Shown here piece by piece: positions 38,174 to 48,011 of a DNA stretch of 54,121 nt. Origin of the DNA: an uncultured Acidimicrobiia bacterium (GTDB taxonomy: Bacteria; Actinomycetota; Acidimicrobiia; Acidimicrobiales; AC-14); assembly GCA_963836205.1 (NCBI GenBank), contig CAWIIV010000001.1, forward strand, positions 1 to 54,121, in the 5' to 3' direction. Made by a program: the position numbers and the translations under genes. Position 1 is the first letter of the stretch; each line of letters starts with the position of its first letter. The notes under the pieces were generated by a model. That model was given only the letters and a program-made list of their open reading frames with translations. It was not told where the DNA came from and made no database searches.

Positions 38174-39110
38174 TCAGCCGGTGGTCGTCAGCACCTCGGC
38201 GCCGTCGTCGGTGACGACCAGGGTGTGCTCGAACTGGGCGCTCCGCCGGCGGTCGACGGTGACCGCGGTCCAGCCGTCGTCCCACAGGACATGGCGCCAG
38301 TCGCCCAAGGTGATCATGGGCTCGATGGTGAACGTCATCCCCGGCTCCATGATGGTGGTGGCCATCGGGTTGGCGTAGTGGTAGATCGTCGGGACGGTGT
38401 GGAACTTCTCCCCCACGCCATGGCCGACGAAGTCGCGCACCACCCCGAGCCGGTTGGCCTCGGCGTGGGCCTCGACGGCGGCGCCGATGTCGGACACCGG
38501 CCGTCCCGGGCGCACCGCGGCGATGCCCCGCTCCAGGCACTCCCGAGTGACGTCGACCAGCCGGCGCGACTCGTCGTCGACCGCTCCCACCAGGAACGTT
38601 GCACTCGTGTCCCCGTGGACGCCGTCGAGGTAGACGGTGACGTCGAGGTTGACGATGTCGCCGTCGACGAGGGCCCGGTCGTCGGGGATGCCGTGACAGA
38701 TGACCTCGTTCACCGACGTGCACAGCGACTTCGGGAAGCCGTTGTAGTTGAGCGGGCTGGGGTAGGCGCCCCGGGCGAGGCACTCGGCGTGGGCCATGGC
38801 GTCGAGGGCGTCGGTGGTGATCCCCGGGCCGGACCTGGGCGCCGACCACAGCCAGGACCTCGGCCGCCACCCGCCCCGCTCGCCGCATGCGCTCGATGAC
38901 CTCGGGCGACTTCACCATGGCCTCGACCTCGGGCTCGGGTGTGCCGGACACCGCGTAGTCGGGGACGACGATCTCCGGCGGTACGACCCGGGTAGGACTC
39001 AGCCGACCCGGTCGCAACGGCTTCTCGGTGGACAGGTGGCACCGCTTGTAGGGCCGATTGCTGCCGCACCAGCAGCGGTCGTTGCGGCCGAGGCGGGCGG
39101 GCGCGTTCAC
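38174..39110 (-). CDS. map: Methionine aminopeptidase type I with N-terminal SEC-C motif (1-nt frameshift near 38822-38825)
   Basis: [17 protein letters not shown], then [52 protein letters not shown]. Confidence 0.92.
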
Positions 39111-39316
39111 TGCGCCTCCGCCCGCCGGACGACCCAGTCGGCGATGTGGGGTCGCAGCCACAGGCGGGGTCGACCGCGCCCGAGGTCGACGACAGGGCGG
39201 GGCATGTCGGGGTATCGGCGCAGGTAGGTGCTGACACTGTTGGGATGGCTGAGGCCCAGCAGCTCGGCGATCCCGCGGGCGTCGATCAGGTCTTCGGTGC
39301 GAACGGTCGGCGTCAT
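39107..39316 (-). CDS. Small AlpA/excisionase-like HTH DNA-binding protein
   Basis: DLIDARGIAELLGLSHPNSVSTYLRRYPDMPRPV...RLW....IADW. Confidence 0.7.
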   Translation of the reverse strand: MTPTVRTEDLIDARGIAELLGLSHPNSVSTYLRRYPDMPRPVVDLGRGRPRLWLRPHIADWVVRRAEAQ

Positions 39317-39360
39317 CGGCCGACGAGTCTACAGGTGAAGACAGGTGTCCGACGGGTTCG

Positions 39361-41451
39361 GTGTCGCACCCCCGGGCCAAGATTGCCCTCGTGGACGACG
39401 AGCTGCGACAGGAGGCCCTCACCCTCCTGCGGCGCCTGACCGGCGATCCCGCGAGCGACTTCCGCCCCGATCAGCTGGAGGTGATCCGGCGCCTGGTGGG
39501 GCAGCGGCAGCGGGTCCTGCTCGTCCAGCGGACGGGGTGGGGCAAGAGCGCGGTGTACTTCATCGCCACCCGCATGCTCCGCGATCGAGGCGGCGGGCCG
39601 ACCCTCCTCGTGTCCCCCCTGCTCGCCCTCATGCGCAACCAGATCGAGGCCGCCCAACGGATGGGCGTGGCCGCGGTGACGATCAACAGCGCCAACCGGA
39701 AGGAGTGGGACGGCGTTCGGGAGCGGCTCGACGCCGGCACCGTCGACGTCCTGCTCATCTCGCCGGAACGGCTGGCCAACCCCCAGTTCCGGGCCGAGGT
39801 CCTGCCCGAGGTCGGGCGTCGAAGCGGCCTGCTCGTCATCGACGAGGCCCACTGCATCTCCGACTGGGGTCACGACTTCCGGCCCGACTACCGGCGGCTG
39901 GTGCGGGTCCTCGACCTCCTGCCCACCGGCGTCCCCGTGCTGTGCTGCACGGCCACCGCCAACGACCGGGTGGTGGCCGACGTGACCGCCCAGCTCGGGG
40001 CCGACCTGGCCGTGGTGCGGGGGGCCTTGGGACGTGACGGCCTCCGGCTGCACGTCCTCGACCTGCCGTCCCCCGCCGAGCGGCTGGCGTGGCTGGCCGA
40101 GACGATCCCCCGGCTGCCGGGCACCGGGATCGTCTACTGCCTCACCATCCGCGACACCGAGCGGGTGGCGGCCTGGCTCCGTCGCCAGGGAGTCGAGGCG
40201 GTCGCCTACAGCGGCGAGACCGACGACGAACGGCGGTTGGAGATCGAGCAGGCCCTGCTCGCCAACGAGGTCAAGGTGGTGGTCGCCACCTCGGCCCTGG
40301 GCATGGGCTTCGACAAGCCCGATCTCGCCTTCGTGGTCCATTACCAGTCGCCCGGCTCGCCCATCGCCTACTACCAGCAGGTCGGGCGGGCGGGGCGGGC
40401 GCTCACCGAGTCCCTGGGCATCCTCCTCCGGGGCGTCGAGGATCGCGACATCCAGGACTTCTTCATCCGCACCGCGTTCCCACCCGCCGGACTGGCCCGG
40501 CAGGTGGTCGAGCTGCTGGAGGCCCGGGCCGAGCTGGTGCGGCCGGCCGAGCTGCTGGAGGCGGTGAACGTCCGCCCGTCCCAGCTCGAGGGTCTGCTGA
40601 AGGTGCTCGAGGTCGAGGGGGCAGTCGAGCGGGAGGGCTCACTCTGGCGGCGCACGCTGCGGCCCTGGGCCTTCGACGACGACCGGGTGGCGGCGGTCAC
40701 CGCCCTCCGCCGGACGGAGCAGGCCCAGATGGATCGCTATGCCGTCGCCATCGGCTGTCGCATGGTGGCCCTCCGCCGCTACCTCGACGACGACGACGGT
40801 GAGCCCTGCGGCGGGTGCGACACCTGCACCGGCACCAGCCTGGCCATCGAGCTGGCGCCGACCGCCGTCCAGGCCGCGATCGCCTACCTGCGCCACGCCG
40901 AGGTCGTCGTGGAGCCCCGCAAGCAGCTCCCCGACCGCCAGCCCATCGAGCCTGGCCGCCGGCCCCGTCCCGGGCGGGCGCTGTCGCTCTGGGGCGACGC
41001 CGGGTGGGGCAACCTCGTCCGCCACGGCAAACAGGTAACGGAGCGCTTCGACGACCGGTTGGTCGAGGCCGCGGCCGGGCTCGTCCGGGGGTGGCACCCT
41101 GACCCCTTCCCGGCGTGGGTGACCTTCGTGCCCTCCCGGCGCCATCCCGAGCTGGTGGCCGACTTCGCCCGGCGGCTGGCGAAGTCGCTCGGGCTGCCCT
41201 GCGAGGATGTGGTGGTGAAGGTGCGGGAGACCGAGCCGCAGAAGACGATGGAGAACAGCGCCCAGCAGTACCGCAACGTCAAGGGCGCGTTCGAGGTTCG
41301 AACGCCCCTACCGGGCGGGCCCGTGCTCCTGGTCGACGACGTCGTCGACTCCCGGTGGACGATCACCGCCATCGCCTGGAAGCTGCTCGAGGCCGGCGCC
41401 GGGCCGGTGCACCCGCTCGCCCTGGCCGACTCCGCCGGACGGTCGGGGTGA
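39361..41451 (+). CDS. rqlH: RecQ-family helicase with C-terminal phosphoribosyltransferase-like domain (RqlH type)
   Basis: QRTGWGKS, DEAHCISDWGHDFRPDY, YYQQVGRAGR, Zn motif C..CGGCDTC, C-terminal PQKTMENSAQQ and VLLVDDVVDSRWT (PRPP loop). Start may be GTG at 39391. Confidence 0.88.
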   Translation: MSHPRAKIALVDDELRQEALTLLRRLTGDPASDFRPDQLEVIRRLVGQRQRVLLVQRTGWGKSAVYFIATRMLRDRGGGPTLLVSPLLALMRNQIEAAQRMGVAAVTINSANRKEWDGVRERLDAGTVDVLLISPERLANPQFRAEVLPEVGRRSGLLVIDEAHCISDWGHDFRPDYRRLVRVLDLLPTGVPVLCCTATANDRVVADVTAQLGADLAVVRGALGRDGLRLHVLDLPSPAERLAWLAETIPRLPGTGIVYCLTIRDTERVAAWLRRQGVEAVAYSGETDDERRLEIEQALLANEVKVVVATSALGMGFDKPDLAFVVHYQSPGSPIAYYQQVGRAGRALTESLGILLRGVEDRDIQDFFIRTAFPPAGLARQVVELLEARAELVRPAELLEAVNVRPSQLEGLLKVLEVEGAVEREGSLWRRTLRPWAFDDDRVAAVTALRRTEQAQMDRYAVAIGCRMVALRRYLDDDDGEPCGGCDTCTGTSLAIELAPTAVQAAIAYLRHAEVVVEPRKQLPDRQPIEPGRRPRPGRALSLWGDAGWGNLVRHGKQVTERFDDRLVEAAAGLVRGWHPDPFPAWVTFVPSRRHPELVADFARRLAKSLGLPCEDVVVKVRETEPQKTMENSAQQYRNVKGAFEVRTPLPGGPVLLVDDVVDSRWTITAIAWKLLEAGAGPVHPLALADSAGRSG

Positions 41452-42407
41452 AGTCGGAGGGCTCGATGGCGACCGTGCTCCTCGTCAGCCGGCTGGTGGC
41501 CGAGGGGGTCCAGCCGCTGAAGGCGGGCGAGTTCTGGCGGCTCCACGACGTCGTCGGCCGGCCGAGCGCGCTCCTCGGCCAGACGGTCGACGAGCTCGTC
41601 CGCCGCTTCGGCCTGACCGTCGACCTGGCGGGGAGGGTCGTCGGGCTGCTCGACCGGGCCACGGCCATGGCCTTCGAGCTGGACCGGCTCGAGCAGGCCG
41701 GAATCTCCACCCTCACGCCGTCCGACGAGGCCTACCCGGCGCGCTTCGTCGAGCGACTCGGCCCCAAAGCCCCTCCCGTGCTCCACGCCGCGGGCGACGT
41801 CGGACTCCTCGGTCGGCCCGGTCTGGGGGTCGTCGGCAGCCGGGACGTCGACCCGGAGGGCGCCGAGGTCGCGCGGGCGGCCGCCGAGCGGGGCGCCCGC
41901 CTGGGGTTGGCCGTGGTGTCGGGCGGGGCCCGGGGGGTCGACCGCCTGGCCATGGGCGGCGCCTACCAGGCCGGCGGGGCGGTGGTGGGCGTGCTGGCCG
42001 ACTCGCTGGCGCGCACCCTCCGGAGTCCCGACGTGCGGCGGGCCGTCCTCGGCGGGTCCACGGTCCTGTGCACGCCCTACGGTCCCGATGCCCCGTTCAG
42101 CCCGGGCAACGCCATGGGTCGGAACAAACTGATCTACGCCCAGTCGTCGGTCACCCTCGTGGTCGCCAGCGATCTCGACACCGGCGGCACCTGGTCGGGG
42201 GCGGTCGAGGCGATCAAGGACGGGATCGGCCGGGTGGCGGTGTGGCGAGGGGCCGGGGAGGGCCCGGGAAACGCCGCCATCGAGGCCCGCGGGGCGGTGG
42301 CGGTTCGGTCGGTCGAGGAGATCGAGGCGCTCCTCGTCGGCGACGAACCCGAGCGCCGGCAAGCCGCCCGCGCCGCCCAACCGTCGCTGTTCGAGGGTCC
42401 CCGCTAG
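41448..42407 (+). CDS. DprA/Smf-like protein (RqlI type)
   Basis: YPARF, PPVL...GD, VVGSR, VSGGARGVD, AMGRNKLIY, GGTWSGA. GTG start overlaps the helicase stop. Confidence 0.88.
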   Translation: MKSEGSMATVLLVSRLVAEGVQPLKAGEFWRLHDVVGRPSALLGQTVDELVRRFGLTVDLAGRVVGLLDRATAMAFELDRLEQAGISTLTPSDEAYPARFVERLGPKAPPVLHAAGDVGLLGRPGLGVVGSRDVDPEGAEVARAAAERGARLGLAVVSGGARGVDRLAMGGAYQAGGAVVGVLADSLARTLRSPDVRRAVLGGSTVLCTPYGPDAPFSPGNAMGRNKLIYAQSSVTLVVASDLDTGGTWSGAVEAIKDGIGRVAVWRGAGEGPGNAAIEARGAVAVRSVEEIEALLVGDEPERRQAARAAQPSLFEGPR

Positions 42408-43933
42408 CCCGCCGCGGGTCGGAACAGCTGGCCGACCTCGTCCTCCAGCACCGGTTCGACGCCGAGATCCTCGACCCGGACGAGCAGCCGCTGGCGGAAG
42501 GCGTAGGGACGGAGCCACACCACCACCCCCTGGTCGCGGGAGAGGCGATCGGCCATGGCCGCCAACTCGTCGTCGTACTCGGGCCGGGGCCGGTCGGAGA
42601 GGTAGTCGGTGTGCGCCGGCAGGGGCGCCGCGGCCCGGCCGGTCAGGAGGAAGACGGCCTCGGGGGCGTTGCTGTAGACGGTGACGTCGGGCGGGAGGGC
42701 GGCGACCGCGGCCAGCACGGTCGAGTCCTCCCAGGCGGCGGCGGTGAGGCCGCGGCGACCGACGCTGGTGTCGGTGAGGCCGTCGATGACCCACGACCCG
42801 GCGTAGAGGACTTGGAGGACGAGGAGCCCGATCCCGATGGCGGCGAACGTGGGGCGGGCTCGTCCCGTCACGGTCCGGTGCAGCCACGGGAACAGGCCGA
42901 CGACGGCCACCACGTGGAGCACGGCGAGAAAGCGCAGGTCAAGGCGGCCGGTGGCGTCGAGGAGGATCCGGTCGGCGACCAGGACGACGACGTAGGCGAT
43001 GGCGAAGGCGGGTAGGAGGAGGCCGAGCAGGTCGGCGCGACGATCACCGTTGGGGTTCCGTCGGCGGGCCACGATCGCCATCGCCACCAGGCCGGCGGCC
43101 ACCGCGGCCGTCGCCACGCCCCGCACCGGCCAGGCCACGTACGGGGGCAGGACCCACCGGGAGAGGCTGCGGAACCCGTCCACCCAGTAGTCGGCGTCGA
43201 AGACATGGACGACGACCGGTCGGTTCCCGCTCCCGGCCACCGCCAGCCAGACCGCCAGCGGGGCCAGCGACGCGGCGGCGAAGGCGGCCGCCCGTCCCGC
43301 CCACCGGCGCCCGCCCGCCATCACCAGCACCGCCACCTCGGCCGCGACCAGGGCGACCCCGACGTACCGGGTGAGGCAGGCGCCGGCGGTGAAGGCCACC
43401 GCCGCCACCCACGGCCACCGGCGTTCGCCCTCCACCGCCGACGCCAGCGCGACCATCGCGGCCAGGACGAGCATCACGAAGAGCGGCTCGGTCAGGGCCG
43501 ACGCGAAGTACACCAGCAGGTCGACCGCCCCCACCACCGCCGCCGACGCGGCCACGCCCAACCCCACCGACCCCGTCCCCCGGAGGACGACCACCGCCAC
43601 CAGCAGCGCGGTCGCCCCCAGGAGCAGGGGGTTGACGACCGCCGCCGCGTCGAGCGGGTCGAGGCCCGTCAGCCACCCGACCGCGGCCAGGACCAGCGGG
43701 AACAGCGGCGGAAAATGGGACAGAGGCGGCGACCCGGGCGGGGCCGAGAACCCGTGGCCGTCGAGCAGGTTGCGGGCCGTCCCGACGTAGAAGGCGGAGT
43801 CGGGACTGGCGTAGGCCCCCTTGCGGGTGACGAGGAGGAGGGCGATCGTCCCGACCAGCGCGGGCAACCCGAGCACAAGCCACTCGACGCCGCGCCGGCG
43901 CGGAACCGCCCCGACTCGGCGGGCGAGCGTCAT
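42404..43933 (-). CDS. GT-C (PMT/ArnT-like) membrane glycosyltransferase
   Basis: SPDSAFY, HFPPLFPLVLA, LTEPLF, LTRYVG, many transmembrane helices. Confidence 0.75.
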   Translation of the reverse strand: MTLARRVGAVPRRRGVEWLVLGLPALVGTIALLLVTRKGAYASPDSAFYVGTARNLLDGHGFSAPPGSPPLSHFPPLFPLVLAAVGWLTGLDPLDAAAVVNPLLLGATALLVAVVVLRGTGSVGLGVAASAAVVGAVDLLVYFASALTEPLFVMLVLAAMVALASAVEGERRWPWVAAVAFTAGACLTRYVGVALVAAEVAVLVMAGGRRWAGRAAAFAAASLAPLAVWLAVAGSGNRPVVVHVFDADYWVDGFRSLSRWVLPPYVAWPVRGVATAAVAAGLVAMAIVARRRNPNGDRRADLLGLLLPAFAIAYVVVLVADRILLDATGRLDLRFLAVLHVVAVVGLFPWLHRTVTGRARPTFAAIGIGLLVLQVLYAGSWVIDGLTDTSVGRRGLTAAAWEDSTVLAAVAALPPDVTVYSNAPEAVFLLTGRAAAPLPAHTDYLSDRPRPEYDDELAAMADRLSRDQGVVVWLRPYAFRQRLLVRVEDLGVEPVLEDEVGQLFRPAAG

Positions 43934-44005
43934 CGCAGCCAGCACGGTCGAGCGTGCAGGAACGTCGGCCTCGCCCACGCAACTGCACAACCGGTGGCCA
44001 CCCGG

Positions 44006-45334
44006 TCAGCCGACCTCGGCGACGAAGCGCTCCAGTTGCCGCAGGTTGCGGCACTCGAAGACCCCGTCGCAGTGGACGCCGTAGAGCGACGCCACCGAGT
44101 CGCCGGTGTCCCAGTACGAGCGGGGCTCGGGGTTGAGCCAGTACACCCGCCGCGCCTTCTTGCGTAGCTCGTCGAGCACCCAGGCGTTGGCCTGGTGGTA
44201 GTTGTTGCGGGCGTCGCCGAGCACCACGACCGACGTGCGGGGCGTGATCTCCTTCCCCCACCGCTCCCAGAAGGCCTGGAAGGCGTGGCCGTAGTCGGAA
44301 TGCCCGTCGGCCCACACCACGTCGGCCTCGGCGTTGACCCGGGCCAGGGCCTCGGTGAGGTCGGACGACCCCTCGAAGATCGACGTGACCTCGTCGACCC
44401 CGTCGATGAACACGAACGACCGCACCCGGGAGAAGCTCCCCGAGATGGCGTGGACGAACTGGAGGGTGAAGCGGGCGAAGGCGGCCACCGAGCCCGAGAT
44501 GTCGGCCAGGACCAGGATCTCGGGCTTCGACGGGTGGGGGCGGCGGAAGCGGGGGTCGACGGGCACTCCCCCGTAAGACAAGGACTGGCGGACGGTGCGG
44601 CGCATGTCGAGACGGCCCCGGCGGTGGTGGCGACGCTTGCGAGCCAGGCGGGCGGCCATGCGTCGGGCCAACGGATGGAGGGTGCGGCGGAGGGCGGCCA
44701 GGTCCTCGGGGCTGGCGTGGAGAAAGTCGACGTCGGCCGGAAGGGGGCGGCGGAGCGCCGTCGCCACCGCCTCCGGGCCCTGCTCGTCCACCAGCCGGCG
44801 GCGGACCTCGGCCTCGATCTCGGCCCGCAGCCGGTCGAGCCGGGCCCGCAGCTCGTCCCGCTCGAGGCGTTGGTCGAGTCCGGAGGCGGAGGCGGCCGAC
44901 AGCAGACGCTCCAACGCCCCCTCGGCGTCGAGCTGGCGCAGGGTGCGGAACACGTAGAACGTCCCCCCGACGGGACGTCCGGCATGCATACCCCCCAGCC
45001 GGGCCACCGCTTGCCGGGCCAGCTCCCGCAGGAGCTCGTCGTCGCCCGACTCCAGCGCCTGGTCGAGCATGGTGGCCAGCTCGCCCGCGGTGAGGGCGTC
45101 GTCGGTCGCGAGGAGCGGGAGGCGGAGCGAGAACCACACGTCGAAGACGGTGTCGAACGCGGCCCGGTGCTCCTGGCGCTTGACCAGGGTGGCGGCGAGG
45201 GCCCATCGCAGCGCCTCGCGGTCCTCCAAGGGGACCTGGGCCACCGCCTCCACCGCGTCGAGGTTCTCGGTGGGCGACACCGCCAGCCCCGACCGCCGCA
45301 GCTCGGCGACGAAGCCGGCCAGGGTGTCGAGCAC
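44006..45334 (-). CDS. vWA domain protein (CoxE-like)
   Basis: GRLDMRRTVRQSL, MIDAS DISGS, SDYG, LGDARNN, YWLNPEP, ECRNLRQL. Confidence 0.92.
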   Translation of the reverse strand: MLDTLAGFVAELRRSGLAVSPTENLDAVEAVAQVPLEDREALRWALAATLVKRQEHRAAFDTVFDVWFSLRLPLLATDDALTAGELATMLDQALESGDDELLRELARQAVARLGGMHAGRPVGGTFYVFRTLRQLDAEGALERLLSAASASGLDQRLERDELRARLDRLRAEIEAEVRRRLVDEQGPEAVATALRRPLPADVDFLHASPEDLAALRRTLHPLARRMAARLARKRRHHRRGRLDMRRTVRQSLSYGGVPVDPRFRRPHPSKPEILVLADISGSVAAFARFTLQFVHAISGSFSRVRSFVFIDGVDEVTSIFEGSSDLTEALARVNAEADVVWADGHSDYGHAFQAFWERWGKEITPRTSVVVLGDARNNYHQANAWVLDELRKKARRVYWLNPEPRSYWDTGDSVASLYGVHCDGVFECRNLRQLERFVAEVG

Positions 45335-45346
45335 CTCAGCCGGCCA

Positions 45347-46243
45347 TCAGGAAGCCGCCGCCGCCCGCAGCTCGCGGTCGGCCTTGGCGATGTCGCCCCG
45401 GTGCTTGAGCAGCACGTGGAGGGTGCTCGACACGGCCTCCACGTCGACGTCGGCGACGCCCAGCAGGACGAGGGTGCGGGCCCAGTCGAGGGTCTCCGAC
45501 ACCGACGGCGGCTTGGTCAGGTCGAGCTGGCGGATGGTGCGCACCACGGCCGCCACCTGATCCGCCAGGCGGTCGCCGATACCCGGCAGCCGGGCCAGGA
45601 CGATCTGCTTCTCGCGGGCCGCGTCCGGGTAGTCGAGGTGGAGGTAGAGGCAGCGCCGCTTCAACGCCTCCGACAGGTCGCGGGTGGAGTTCGACGTCAG
45701 GAACACCAGCGGGATGCGGGTGGCAGCCACCGTCCCCAGCTCGGGAATCGACACCTGCCAGTCCGACAGCACCTCGAGCAGCAAGGCCTCCGTCTCCACC
45801 TCCACCCGGTCGACCTCGTCGATGAGCAGGACTACGGGCTCGTCGGCCCGGATGGCCTCCAGGAGGGGACGGGCGAGCAGAAAGTCCTCGGAGAAGATGT
45901 CGCCCTCGACCGCGTCCCATGCTGGCCTTTCCTGGGCCGAATCGGCCGACCGCTCGGCCTGGATGCGCAGGAGCTGCTTGCGGTAGTTCCACTCGTAGAG
46001 GGCCTTGGACTCGTCGAGTCCCTCGTAGCACTGAAGCCGGATGAGGCGGGCGCCCGACCACGCTGCGATCGACTTGGCCAGCTCGGTCTTGCCGGTGCCG
46101 GCCGGCCCCTCCACCAGCACCGGCTTGTCGAGGCGGTCGGCCAGCCATGCGACGCCGGCGGTGGCGTCGTCGGCCAGGTAACCGACCGAGGCCAGGCCCG
46201 CCCGCACCGCCTCCAACGACTCGAATCGGGGTGTCGCGGCCAC
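45347..46243 (-). CDS. MoxR-family AAA+ ATPase (CoxD-like)
   Basis: EGPAGTGKT, RLQCYEGLD, LLIDEVD, LSEALKRRC, PSVSETLDWA. Confidence 0.93.
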   Translation of the reverse strand: MAATPRFESLEAVRAGLASVGYLADDATAGVAWLADRLDKPVLVEGPAGTGKTELAKSIAAWSGARLIRLQCYEGLDESKALYEWNYRKQLLRIQAERSADSAQERPAWDAVEGDIFSEDFLLARPLLEAIRADEPVVLLIDEVDRVEVETEALLLEVLSDWQVSIPELGTVAATRIPLVFLTSNSTRDLSEALKRRCLYLHLDYPDAAREKQIVLARLPGIGDRLADQVAAVVRTIRQLDLTKPPSVSETLDWARTLVLLGVADVDVEAVSSTLHVLLKHRGDIAKADRELRAAAAS

Positions 46244-47491
46244 TCAGGTGCGGATCTGGCCGTCGCCCGTCACCACGTACTTCAGCGTGGTGAGCTCCCG
46301 GAGTCCCATCGGCCCCCGGGCGTGCAGCTTCTGGGTGGAGATCCCGATCTCGGCCCCGAACCCGAACATCTCGCCGTCGGTGAACCGGGTGGACGCGTTG
46401 ACGATCACCGCGGCCGCGTCGACTTCACGGGCGAAACGGCGGGCGGCGTTGAGGTCGCGCGTGCAGATGGCCTCGGTGTGGCCCGTTCCGTGGCGGTTGA
46501 CGTGGGCGATGGCGGCGTCGAGGTCGGCGACCACGGCCACCGACAGCTTGAGGTCGAGGAACTCGGTGGAGAAGTCGGCCTCGGTGGCGGGGCCGATCTC
46601 AGGGGCGATCGCCCGGGACCGCTCGTCACCCACCAGCTCGACGCCGTCGAGGGCAGCCACCGCCCGGGGCACGAACTCGACCGCCACCGACTCGTGCACC
46701 ACCAGCGACTCGGCCGCGTTGCACACCGACGGCCGCTGCGTCTTGGCGTTGACCAGGATGTCGAGGGCCTGGTCGAGGTCGGCGGAGGCGTCGACGTAGA
46801 CGTGGCAGTTGCCGTCGCCGTCGATCACGTAGGGGACGGTGGCATTGGCCAGGACGCTGGCGATGAGCGACGGTCCGCCCCGGGGGATGAGGCAGTCGAC
46901 ATAGCCCCTGAGCTGCATGAACTCGGCCGCCGCCTCGTGGGACGTGTCCTCCACGAGGACCAGGCAGTCCTCGGGCAGGCCGGCCTTGGCCAGCCCCTCC
47001 CTGAGGGCGGCGGCGATGGCGATGTTGGACGAGATGGCGCCCGACGATCCCCGCAGGAAGGCGGCATTGCCCGCCTTGAGGCAGAGGCCGAAGGCGTCGC
47101 TGGTGACGTTGGGTCGGTTCTCGTAGATGATCGCGACCACGCCGAGGGGCACCCGCACCTTCTCGATGACGAGCCCGTTGGGACGGGTCCAGCCCTCGCT
47201 GATCTCGCCCACCGGGTCGGGGAGGGCGGCCACCATGCGCAGTCCGTCGGCCATTGCCTCGACGCGCTTGGCGTTGAGGCGGAGGCGGTCGACCACGGTG
47301 GAGGTCACGCCCGCGGCCTCGGCCCGGTCGACGTCGACCCGGTTGGCGTCGAGGATCTCGGCCGACCGGGCCACGAGGAGGTCGGCCGCGGCGTGGAGGG
47401 CGGCGTCCTTGGTCGACGTGGAGGTGGTGGCGAGCACCCGGCTGGCGTCCTTGGCCCGCCGTCCGAGCTCGGGAAGGGGGGTGTTCGGCAT
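46244..47491 (-). CDS. proA: Gamma-glutamyl phosphate reductase
   Basis: [56 protein letters not shown]. Confidence 0.97.
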   Translation of the reverse strand: MPNTPLPELGRRAKDASRVLATTSTSTKDAALHAAADLLVARSAEILDANRVDVDRAEAAGVTSTVVDRLRLNAKRVEAMADGLRMVAALPDPVGEISEGWTRPNGLVIEKVRVPLGVVAIIYENRPNVTSDAFGLCLKAGNAAFLRGSSGAISSNIAIAAALREGLAKAGLPEDCLVLVEDTSHEAAAEFMQLRGYVDCLIPRGGPSLIASVLANATVPYVIDGDGNCHVYVDASADLDQALDILVNAKTQRPSVCNAAESLVVHESVAVEFVPRAVAALDGVELVGDERSRAIAPEIGPATEADFSTEFLDLKLSVAVVADLDAAIAHVNRHGTGHTEAICTRDLNAARRFAREVDAAAVIVNASTRFTDGEMFGFGAEIGISTQKLHARGPMGLRELTTLKYVVTGDGQIRT

Positions 47492-47526
47492 CACGGTCGA
47501 GGTTACCGGCGGTACGTTCGTAGCCG

Positions 47527-48009
47527 GTGGAAGATATCGAGGTGGCGGTCCGCCGGGCGCTGGAGGCAACGGGCGTCGAGCATGAGCTGGTGGAATGCGA
47601 CCCCGACTTCGCCGACACCGCCGCCTTCTGCGAGCGCTACGGGGTGGCGCCGGAGGACTCGGCCAACGCCATCGTCGTCGTGGGCAAGGGCGATCCTCGG
47701 CGCTACGTGTGCTGCGTGGTGCTGGCCACCAACCGCCTCGACGTCAACGGCGCCGTCCGCCGCCGGCTGGGCGTGAAACGGGCGTCGTTCGCGTCGGCCG
47801 ACGAGACGCGGGCGGTGACGGGGATGGCCATCGGGGGCGTCACACCGGTGGCGCTCCCCCCGGGGTTGCCGGTGTGGGTCGACTCACGGGTGATGGGACG
47901 GGAACGGGTGATCCTCGGCGGCGGCAGCCGGTCGCTCAAGGTCCGGGTCGCGCCGGACGTGTTCCGCCGGCTGCCGTCCGCCGAGATCGTGGAGGATCTG
48001 GCGACCTAG
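47527..48009 (+). CDS. YbaK/EbsC family aminoacyl-tRNA deacylase-like protein
   Basis: SANAIVV, ASFAS..ET...[20 protein letters not shown]. Confidence 0.88.
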   Translation: MEDIEVAVRRALEATGVEHELVECDPDFADTAAFCERYGVAPEDSANAIVVVGKGDPRRYVCCVVLATNRLDVNGAVRRRLGVKRASFASADETRAVTGMAIGGVTPVALPPGLPVWVDSRVMGRERVILGGGSRSLKVRVAPDVFRRLPSAEIVEDLAT

Positions 48010-48011
48010 CG

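Noticed and set aside
41448-42407. Natural competence locus
   Set aside because: The DprA-like gene is coupled to a RecQ-PRTase and no com genes are adjacent.
44006-46243. CO dehydrogenase (cox) cluster
   Set aside because: Only CoxD/CoxE-like chaperone genes are present; no coxLMS or other molybdoenzyme genes.
919-47776. Very long alternative ORFs (919..4542, 1182..4742, 4791..7943, most of 22969..27780, 44195..47776 and others)
   Set aside because: Shadow frames of real genes in GC-rich DNA: Arg/Gly/Pro-rich with no recognisable motifs.
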